From Terriglobia bacterium (GTDB lineage Bacteria; Acidobacteriota; Terriglobia; UBA7540): a stretch of DNA of 41,730 nucleotides. Of this stretch, positions 28,891-36,546 are shown piece by piece. Every line of letters starts with the position of its first letter. Position 1 is the first letter of the stretch. The position numbers and the translations under genes are program-made. The notes beneath the pieces are model-generated. The model saw only the letters and a program-made list of their open reading frames with translations, ran no database searches and was not told the origin of the DNA. The stretch lies in NCBI GenBank assembly GCA_050745325.1, contig JBOGJY010000005.1, forward strand, positions 1-41,730. Direction: 5' to 3'.

Positions 28891-30492
28891 ATGCCTGAAG
28901 AAAATCAAGACCTAAGCAAGACGATCCATCAGTATCTAGGCCTCGCGATCCGTCGTCGATGGTGGCTGATTGCCACGACGTGCGTCGTCGCCGTTGCCGT
29001 GACTCTCGGTTCGCTCATTCTTCCGAACCGTTATACGTCGGAAGCGACGATTCTTGTTGTGCAGCAGCAGGTTCCGGAACGTTACGTTGTTCCTAACACG
29101 ACGTACAGCGTTCAACAGGCGCTTCAATCGCTTACCGAAGCGGTGCTCTCCCGGTCCCGCCTGCTTCCGATCATCGATGAGTTTGGGCTTTACCCGCGGG
29201 AGAAGGGCCATATCGGGCCGGAAGGTTTGGCCCAGTTGATGCGCAGCAACATTCAGATCGAACCCATTCAGAAGGACTCGACCCAGAAAGACATTAACGC
29301 ATTCAAAATCTCGTTTACAGGGGACAACCCTCTGGTCGCCCAAAAGGTGACGGACAGGCTAACGTCCTTCTTCATTGACGAAAATTTGAAACTGCAGGAA
29401 CAACAAGACGTGGGCACCACAAGCTTCTTGAGAGACCAACTAGCGTCCGCAGAGCAGGACCTCAAAGGGCAAGAACAGCGCCTTCGGGATTTCAGGACGG
29501 CTAATCTTGGAGAATTGCCAGAGCAAGAACAGGGGAACCTGGAAATCCTCTCGGGCTTGCACACACAATTGCAGAGCACGATGGCTGAGTTGAGCCGGGC
29601 TCAGGAGCAGCGGGTTTACTTGAGTTCGCTGCTCGATCAGTACCGGAATTTGGACAGCACCGGCGGGACGGCGCCCGGGGTGGAGCTTTCGAACAATCCG
29701 CTTGCGGCCGCTCAAGTTGAATTGGACCATTTAGAATCTCAGCGGGCATCGCTGCTAGCCCGTTTTACCACTGAATATCCGGACGTGGTGCAGATAGACC
29801 ACAAGATTGCACAGCAAAAAATCCTGCTCGCGCGCCTGAAGCCACCCAAGACCAATCAGGCCTCGAAAGGGCAGGAGACCACCACTGCGATTTCTACAAT
29901 GGCTGGGGAGAGCAGCTCTGAGGCACAAATCAGAAGTCAGCTTGAGGCCAACCGGATACAGATGGAAGACCTCACCAAGAGCCAAAAGCAGTTGGAACAG
30001 CAAACTACGCAGTATGAGCAAAGGCTGAATCAAACTCCGGTGCGGGAGCAGCAACTCGCTGATATCCTGCGCGGTTACGACCTGGCGAAGAAGAATTACG
30101 ATGATTTGCTGGGTAAGGTCACCCAATCTGAGATGGCGACAAGCTTAGCCAAGCGGCAGCAAGGGCAGCAGTTCCGCGTCGTCGATCCCCCGAGCCTTCC
30201 GGCGAAGCCATCCAGCCCGAAACGCAGAAAAATCGCGCTTGGCGGCGCCGTGGCGGGCCTGCTCTTGGGGGCGGCCCTGGCTTTCCTGATCGACTCAGGG
30301 GACCACTCTTTTTATTCCGAAAAAGGCGTGATCGAGCAATTTAAGCTCCCTTTGATTGTCAGTGTGCCGTTGTCGCTGACGCCTGCGGAGGAGAGAAAAC
30401 GCTCCTGGGGAAGGACTCTCGAGTGGATTGGGGCCACCGCCTTACTGATGGTCGTCTTGATCGCGGAGTTCTACGTTTTCCGGAAAGGCTAG
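28891..30492 (+). CDS. Polysaccharide chain-length determinant (GumC/Wzc N-terminal, exosortase-system type)
   Basis: RRRWW-TM, PNRYTSEATILV, coiled coil, YPDVV, FRVVDPPSLPAKPSSPKR-TM. The kinase is a separate gene. Confidence 0.92.
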   Translation: MPEENQDLSKTIHQYLGLAIRRRWWLIATTCVVAVAVTLGSLILPNRYTSEATILVVQQQVPERYVVPNTTYSVQQALQSLTEAVLSRSRLLPIIDEFGLYPREKGHIGPEGLAQLMRSNIQIEPIQKDSTQKDINAFKISFTGDNPLVAQKVTDRLTSFFIDENLKLQEQQDVGTTSFLRDQLASAEQDLKGQEQRLRDFRTANLGELPEQEQGNLEILSGLHTQLQSTMAELSRAQEQRVYLSSLLDQYRNLDSTGGTAPGVELSNNPLAAAQVELDHLESQRASLLARFTTEYPDVVQIDHKIAQQKILLARLKPPKTNQASKGQETTTAISTMAGESSSEAQIRSQLEANRIQMEDLTKSQKQLEQQTTQYEQRLNQTPVREQQLADILRGYDLAKKNYDDLLGKVTQSEMATSLAKRQQGQQFRVVDPPSLPAKPSSPKRRKIALGGAVAGLLLGAALAFLIDSGDHSFYSEKGVIEQFKLPLIVSVPLSLTPAEERKRSWGRTLEWIGATALLMVVLIAEFYVFRKG

Positions 30493-30496
30493 CAGA

Positions 30497-31477
30497 GTGT
30501 ACAAAGGGTTCTTTGGTCTGGATCGCGGTCCATTCGAAATTAGTCCTGACCCGCGATTTCTGTACCCAACAGCGCGGCATTACGAGGCGCTCGCCAACCT
30601 TTATTATGCGATCCGGGAGCGCAAAGGCTTTGCCGTGCTCACCGGTGAGGTGGGAACCGGTAAGACCCTTTTAGTGCGCTGCCTGCTGGAGAAGCTTGCC
30701 AAGCAGCGGGTAAAGTACGCTTATGTGTTCAGCCCCACCCTCACGCCCGTTGAGTTGCTTCGTTATGTTGCGGCTGACTTAGGACTACGTATCGATTGGA
30801 AGGATAAGAGTGATCTGCTCCTCGGCTTGTCCCGCTTTCTGATTCGTCAGAACGAGGAAGGAATGACGACCGTGCTGGTAATAGACGAGGCGCACTTACT
30901 GAGCAAAGAAGTATTAGAGGAAGCCCGCCTTCTAAACAACCTGGAAACGCATCGCGGCAAACTCTTGCAAATTGCATTGGTGGGCCAACCTGAGTTAGAT
31001 GAAAAACTGGATTCACCGGGGCTTCGTCAATTGAAACAAAGAGTAGCCTTCCGATGCCAGTTGCAGCCTCTCACCTTCGAAGAAGTGCAGGAGTATATCG
31101 CTTGGCGGCTCAAACGAGCCGGAGCGAATGGACACCCGCCCGAGTTTCCGGCAAGCGCCCTCGAAGCGATTCACGACTACTCACGCGGCTATCCGCGATT
31201 AATCAACGCCATCTGTGAGAACGCTCTTATTTCAGCGTATGCTGCGGGCAGCCGTATTATTTCAGCCTCTCTCATCGCTGAAGCTTGCCGCGACCTCCGA
31301 ATCTCCGCCGGTTCTACCTCAAATGGTGGAGGGGCGGCTGAAGTCCGTACCATCAATCCAGGCGCCCCAGACGTCCGTCCAGGTTCTGAAGAGCCGCCCA
31401 GCGACCTTGTTGGAAATCTCGAAGCTACAGGACATGATCACGAATCCGGTGAGCCGGGGCAGGAGAAGAATCCATGA
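30497..31477 (+). CDS. ExeA-family AAA ATPase (exosortase-system associated)
   Basis: MYKGFFGL..PFEISPDPRFLY, Walker A GEVGTGKT, Walker B LVIDEAH, LVGQPEL, GYPRLINAIC. Confidence 0.93.
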   Translation: MYKGFFGLDRGPFEISPDPRFLYPTARHYEALANLYYAIRERKGFAVLTGEVGTGKTLLVRCLLEKLAKQRVKYAYVFSPTLTPVELLRYVAADLGLRIDWKDKSDLLLGLSRFLIRQNEEGMTTVLVIDEAHLLSKEVLEEARLLNNLETHRGKLLQIALVGQPELDEKLDSPGLRQLKQRVAFRCQLQPLTFEEVQEYIAWRLKRAGANGHPPEFPASALEAIHDYSRGYPRLINAICENALISAYAAGSRIISASLIAEACRDLRISAGSTSNGGGAAEVRTINPGAPDVRPGSEEPPSDLVGNLEATGHDHESGEPGQEKNP

Positions 31478-32310
31478 GTCACATATTTGAAGCCCTGTGC
31501 AAATCGGAGGGCCGTGCAGAGCACGGAAATTTCCTCTCGCCTGAGGCATTCTTCCATACCATTGAAAACGCGCCCGACTTGGCGTCCGTGCCGAGTGAGA
31601 ACACGGCGATCCGGCCAGAAAGCCGGATAGTTGTTTGGGATCATCCCGACACGCTGGCGGCCGACCGCTACCGTTTGCTGCGAATGCGCCTTCAAAAACT
31701 GCAAGGCGGAGGAAAGCTACGAACGCTCTTGGTTACCAGCCCATTGCCGCAAGACGGGAAGTCTACAGTAGCGTTGAACCTCGCCACCATTCTTGCAGAC
31801 AAGGGGAAAACCAAGGTCTTACTCGTCGAAGCCGATCTGCGGCGGCCATCGCTGGCCCCGCGGCTGGGGCTTGAACGGTGGGCAGGGTTGTCGGACTGTT
31901 TGGGGCACGGCTCTGACCCACTCCCGGCGGTTCGGCGGATCAAGCCTTTGGAGTTTTACCTTTTGCCGGCAGGAGAGCCAGCGGGTAATCCGACCGAGCT
32001 TCTGCAATCTGAGCGGTTTACTGAGGTTCTTCAGTCCATGTCCGATCGCTTCGATTGGATAATCATCGATTCTCCCCCCACTGGCCCTATTGCCGACACC
32101 TTAGCCCTAAAACCTCGGGCCGACGCCTGCCTGCTTGTGGTGCGCGCTGGTAAGACGCCACGAGAAGGAGTGGAAGAAGCGATCCGGCAGTTCGGACCAG
32201 GGTTTGTAATCGGTATAATTCTGAACGGTCTTAAAGGCCTCGACCGGGAATATTCAGAATATTACAGTAAATACTACGGCGAGACCAGCGCGAAGAAGCC
32301 AAAGAACTAA
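31474..32310 (+). CDS. CpsD/CapB family protein-tyrosine kinase
   Basis: SPLPQDGKST, EADLRRP, IIIDSPP, C-terminal Tyr cluster EYSEYYSKYY. ATGA overlap. Confidence 0.93.
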   Translation: MSHIFEALCKSEGRAEHGNFLSPEAFFHTIENAPDLASVPSENTAIRPESRIVVWDHPDTLAADRYRLLRMRLQKLQGGGKLRTLLVTSPLPQDGKSTVALNLATILADKGKTKVLLVEADLRRPSLAPRLGLERWAGLSDCLGHGSDPLPAVRRIKPLEFYLLPAGEPAGNPTELLQSERFTEVLQSMSDRFDWIIIDSPPTGPIADTLALKPRADACLLVVRAGKTPREGVEEAIRQFGPGFVIGIILNGLKGLDREYSEYYSKYYGETSAKKPKN

Positions 32311-32422
32311 TCCTTGAACCTCGGGCAAGTATCGATTGATAAGATCTCGTAAGGTGTAATCCGCTTTCGCAGGATCTATCCCCAGCGCAACCTGCTAATC
32401 CTCTTCACTTGAAAGATTTACT

Positions 32423-33163
32423 ATGTATTCAAACTCCATGAACAATAATCACGGGGCCACGTCCATTGCTATTGCGGTTGACGATCCCATCCTCCGATAC
32501 GGGGTCCGCAGACTGTTCGAGGGCGAACCGGATCTCATCGTCGTCGGAGAAGCCGCGACGACTTCCGAGGCTATTAAGCTAGCTCTTGAGCTCAAACCGG
32601 AAGTGCTTCTGCTCGATCTTGCAGAGCCGCTTTCCGGTTTGGAAGTTCTCAGCCGCCTTGCATCGGTGAAGTCGTGCGTGCGTACTCTCTTAATGGCGTC
32701 TGGAGCCCAGGAGAATCAAATTGCCGAAGCCTTCGATCTCGGGGCGCATGGCGTCGTGCTCAAGGGATCGGATACACGCCTCCTGCTGAACGGCGTTCGG
32801 GGCGTGATTGCGGGCCAGTATTGGATTGGAGAGAAAGCCGTGGCTGGAATCGCGAGCGCGATTCGCTGCTTCACACAGCAACATGATGGCCGCAAATCTC
32901 CGCAACATTACGGACTCACTCCGCGGGAATTGGAAATCATCGCCACGATCGTAACCGGATGTTCAAACAAAGACGTGGGCCGGAAGTTTTCGATTGCGGA
33001 GCGCACCGTGAAGCACCATTTGAGCAATATTTACGACAAGCTCGGTGTTTCTAACCGGCTGGAGCTTGCCCTCTTCGCTGTCAACAAACACCTCGACGTT
33101 TACGAACCGCATGAGGTTCGCAGCCGTCTGAGCGCCGAGGGGAAATACGCCGAAGCTGTATAA
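32423..33163 (+). CDS. NarL/LuxR family response regulator
   Basis: Receiver domain (VDD, LLLDL, GVVLK) plus LuxR HTH LTPRELEI...GCSNKDV...ERTVKHHLSNIYDKLGVSNR. Confidence 0.93.
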   Translation: MYSNSMNNNHGATSIAIAVDDPILRYGVRRLFEGEPDLIVVGEAATTSEAIKLALELKPEVLLLDLAEPLSGLEVLSRLASVKSCVRTLLMASGAQENQIAEAFDLGAHGVVLKGSDTRLLLNGVRGVIAGQYWIGEKAVAGIASAIRCFTQQHDGRKSPQHYGLTPRELEIIATIVTGCSNKDVGRKFSIAERTVKHHLSNIYDKLGVSNRLELALFAVNKHLDVYEPHEVRSRLSAEGKYAEAV

Positions 33164-33242
33164 AGCGCTGCTTCTCAAGGCCGAAAGAGGCCGAGTGTGC
33201 TCTCGCTAGAGCAATAACCGCAGCCCATTTCACGGCGAATAT

Positions 33243-34139
33243 ATGAAACGAAGAGATGTAAGTTTCGCGCTGTTTATGCTTTTAACCGGCGTAGCGTTCT
33301 CGGCGCCGTTGCGAGCCCTGGTGAAACTTTCCTATGATAATGACGCGTATTCCTACGTCATCTTCATACCTTTCATTACCGGCTTTTTGGTATACGTCGA
33401 AAGGAAGAGAATATTTGCCCGTGTTGAATCTGACGTCGAGACCGGAATGATTGCGATCCTTGCGGGTATAGGCGGGTTTTGCGCATGTTGGTACCATTTG
33501 TTTTCGCTCGACAAAACGAACCGTTTGTCTTTAATGGCGCTATCGTTGGTCCTGGTCTGGATCGGAGGATTCGTTTGCTGCTACGGTATTTGCGCTTTTA
33601 AGGCCGCAGTCTTCCCCGCCCTGTTCCTGTTGTTGATGGTTCCGATCCCCGGCTTCGTCCTCGATAAGATCGTTTTTGCCCTGCAAAAGGGGTCCACCGA
33701 GACAACGTATGCGCTGTTTAGGTTGGTGGGAGCGCCCGTTCTAAAACAGGGCTTTGTGTTTTCCCTTCCCGGCGTGAACATCGAAGTCGCGAAGGAATGT
33801 AGCGGAATTCGATCCAGCCTGGCCCTCTTGATCATAAGTTTGCTGGCAGGCCACTTCTTTCTCCGTTCTGGCTGGAGAAAGTTGTCTTTCACCTTGATGA
33901 TTATTCCAGTTACGATCCTAAAGAACGCGATCCGAATAGCAACTATTTCCTTGCTTTCGGTGTACGTGGACCGGGGCTTCCTCACCGGGAACCTGCACCA
34001 TCACGGAGGAGTCCTTTTCTCGCTTATTGCCGTTGCGATTCTGGTGCCTATCCTGTGGTGGCTCCAAAAATCGGAGATCGCGTCCCGGACGCGGCTGCGA
34101 GAAACTCAGGTCGCCGCTCCAGAGCATTCGGTTGCTTGA
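33243..34139 (+). CDS. xrt: Exosortase (EpsH/archaeosortase family, about 8 TM; no EpsI domain)
   Basis: LFLLLMVPIP, catalytic Cys in EVAKECSGIRS, Arg in KNAIRI, His in LHHHGG. Confidence 0.92.
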   Translation: MKRRDVSFALFMLLTGVAFSAPLRALVKLSYDNDAYSYVIFIPFITGFLVYVERKRIFARVESDVETGMIAILAGIGGFCACWYHLFSLDKTNRLSLMALSLVLVWIGGFVCCYGICAFKAAVFPALFLLLMVPIPGFVLDKIVFALQKGSTETTYALFRLVGAPVLKQGFVFSLPGVNIEVAKECSGIRSSLALLIISLLAGHFFLRSGWRKLSFTLMIIPVTILKNAIRIATISLLSVYVDRGFLTGNLHHHGGVLFSLIAVAILVPILWWLQKSEIASRTRLRETQVAAPEHSVA

Positions 34140-34211
34140 CGGAATTCGGACGAGACGCGAAGCTAAACCGCCCTGCCGGTTCCGGCGAGTTGAAGGGCGC
34201 TGAGTGACTCA

Positions 34212-35903
34212 TCAGGGAGACGGTATGACAGCCATGGCCTCGTTTGAGTTGGGGCTCTCGGCGCCCTGGGAATCTACGGCCGTTGTCACATAGTAGTAGG
34301 TCTGCCCCGCATCAACCGTCGTGTCCGTGTAGGCTGTGCCTGTTTCCGGAGACGAATTGAGCTTTGTGTAAGGGCCGCCTGAGACTGTTCCCCGGTAGAC
34401 GTTGTAGCCCGTGATGTTTGAGGAAGTGCTAGCTCCCCAAGTCAACGTCACGGAGTGCTGGTTCACTCCTGTGGCCGAGAGCGATGCGTTGGTGGGGGAA
34501 TTGGCGGCATTGCTGATGACGGAAATGCCGCCCGTAACGCTGCCGCTCGAGGCAGGATGAAAGGTGACGCTGAAACTGGTATTCTGGCCCGCCGCCAAGG
34601 TCAAGGGCAAGGCCGGTCCGGTAACGCTGAAACCCGCGCCGGAGGTTGTGGCCTGAGAAATCGTCACGGTGGCGCTGCCGGTATCCGTCACGACCAGGGG
34701 CAAAGCGCTGTTGTTGCCTACTTGAACGTTACTAAAGTTCAGGCTCGCCGGGCTAGCCGTAAGCTGCGACGTGATGCCGGAGCCCGAGACGGGTATCAAC
34801 AGGGGCGAGTCTGACGCGTTGCTGATGATTGATACGCTGCCGGCTGCGCTACCCGCGGTGGTGGGGGAGAAATTGACTTGGAAGGCGGTGCTTTGACCTG
34901 CGCCCAGGCTCAAGGGCAAAGAGAGCCCACTCAACCTGAACCCAGCCCCGGCCACATTCGCCTGAGAGACCGTCACGGCAGCGCTTCCGGTGTTGCTGAG
35001 TGTTATAGTCTGCCCGCTGTTGTTGCCACCCATCGCGACGCTGCCGAAGTTCAGGCTGGCGGGAGCAACGGCGAGCAGTTGCGTCGCTCCAGCGCCGGAA
35101 AGGGAGATCGTAAGCGGCAAACTTGAGGCGTCGCTCAATATGGAGATGCTGCCGCTCACCGTCGAGGCAGTCGCAGGAGAGAACGCTACTGTAAGGCCCA
35201 CGCTTTGGCCCGCAGCCAAGGTAAGAGGAAGCGAGGGGCCGCTCACACTGAACCCCGTGCCGGCGGCGGTAATTTGTGAGACGGTTACAACGGACGTGCC
35301 TGTATTAGTTAGAGTAAGGGGCTGACTGCTATTGGCGCCCACCGCGACGCTTCCAAAGTTAAGGCTGGGCGGTGTGATGGCAACCTGAGTCGTGACTCCA
35401 TTAGCCGAGAGAGGAACGCCGAGGACTGAGTTCGACGCGTCGCTCACGATTGAGATATTACCCGCTACGTCCCCTGCGGTCGCAGGGGAGAATGTAGCGC
35501 TGAAGCTGCTGGCGTGCCCCGCGGCCAACGTCAATGGTAGGGGGAGGCCGCTTATGCTGAATCCACTTCCCGTGATGCTCGCCTGAGAAACCGTTACGCT
35601 GGCGGTACCCGCGTTGTTTAGCGTGATGGTTTGGGCGCTAGTAGTTCCTGCCTTGACGTTTCCAAAGGAGATGCTTGCGGGGGATATGGTCAGAGTGGAA
35701 ATCTGATTGTTTGTCCTCGGCGCGGGTGGATCGACGCCAACGCCGCCACAGGAGGCAAGCACCGAGACAATGCCTGCCACAGCAAGCACCTTCAACAAGA
35801 GGCGTGAGCTATGCCAGCGAAAGTTCAACCCGTGGATGTGCGAGGCATGGAAATCGCCGCGAATTCGTCGTTCGACTTTTGAGCGGATTCCCCTTTTTTG
35901 CAT
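34212..35903 (-). CDS. Putative lipoprotein with four ASH (choice-of-anchor D) Ig-like repeats and a terminal truncated FN3
   Basis: Lipobox-like VSVLAS-C. Four P.S(I/L).F..V...(N/D).G...F...G..LPL.L..G repeats. C-terminal HSVTLTW...GYNVYRG...YYYVTTAVD. Confidence 0.85.
   Translation of the reverse strand: MQKRGIRSKVERRIRGDFHASHIHGLNFRWHSSRLLLKVLAVAGIVSVLASCGGVGVDPPAPRTNNQISTLTISPASISFGNVKAGTTSAQTITLNNAGTASVTVSQASITGSGFSISGLPLPLTLAAGHASSFSATFSPATAGDVAGNISIVSDASNSVLGVPLSANGVTTQVAITPPSLNFGSVAVGANSSQPLTLTNTGTSVVTVSQITAAGTGFSVSGPSLPLTLAAGQSVGLTVAFSPATASTVSGSISILSDASSLPLTISLSGAGATQLLAVAPASLNFGSVAMGGNNSGQTITLSNTGSAAVTVSQANVAGAGFRLSGLSLPLSLGAGQSTAFQVNFSPTTAGSAAGSVSIISNASDSPLLIPVSGSGITSQLTASPASLNFSNVQVGNNSALPLVVTDTGSATVTISQATTSGAGFSVTGPALPLTLAAGQNTSFSVTFHPASSGSVTGGISVISNAANSPTNASLSATGVNQHSVTLTWGASTSSNITGYNVYRGTVSGGPYTKLNSSPETGTAYTDTTVDAGQTYYYVTTAVDSQGAESPNSNEAMAVIPSP
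34267..34696 (-). repeat. ~430-bp direct repeat, copy 1 (last ASH domain plus FN3)
   Basis: Aligns without gaps to 36602-37031 (offset 2335) with long identical runs. Confidence 0.9.
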
Positions 35904-36487
35904 CGCCTATATACTCATTAGTAATTTTCGGCGTTTATTAAAGAGGAAATTGGCAAAAAATAGCCCGAAAAGCTTACGCTGAGCTAGCGTCCATCCCATA
36001 GCAAAAACTGTTCGTGTGATGCGTGTGAACTATTGCCAAGCTTCTGGACTTCCAGAACTGATTTAGGTTGTCGCCGGATCCCTATTTGCGATTGGGGCTA
36101 ATTAATACGGAAAACCGGTGGGAAGCCGGACAACCAACCCGTTGGCGCGAGTAGTTGACCTAACATGAGATTCATCAAGATTGAATTTTAATCGAGGTCC
36201 GGACTTTCCCACGCTACCGTCAGACTTGAAAGCTTCTTGATGCCTGCTCACCTGGAGTACTACAAGAAGCGTCCCTGCTGTTCCAGCTCGTAGCTGTAAG
36301 TCTGCCCGCTGTTTAGCATGCTGGCAGCCATTAATTATATTTCGCTAACTCATTGATTATAAAGGATAAAGTTTCTAATATATCATCGTTGCGGAATGGA
36401 GAATATTCTAGAGGTATGAAAGAAATACACGGCCATAGTATATGCAGATTCAAGTCGGCGCTTTACGGTCGATGGGTGACACCTTAG

Positions 36488-36527
36488 GTTGTAGCGGCGG
36501 CGTCTTCGCCGCTACAACACTTTTTTT
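36488..36527 (+). terminator. 12-bp perfect hairpin plus T-tract (intrinsic terminator-like; GTAG/CTAC ends)
   Basis: GTTGTAGCGGCG-GCGTCTT-CGCCGCTACAAC followed by AC and T7, about 30 bp from the stop of the minus-strand 876-aa gene. Confidence 0.6.
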
Positions 36528-36546
36528 CGGCGTTTTCACACAGCCT

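Noticed and set aside
30410..30492. C-terminal TM plus RKG of the chain-length protein as an exosortase sorting signal
   Set aside because: No PEP-like motif precedes the helix, and the protein is already membrane-anchored.
30497..31477. ExeA-like ATPase as evidence for a type II secretion system or a TnsC transposon
   Set aside because: No gsp or transposase genes nearby; its position between the chain-length and kinase genes fits an exosortase-type EPS locus.
34169..34199. Stem-loop between the convergent genes as a terminator
   Set aside because: Interrupted stem and no T-tract on either strand.
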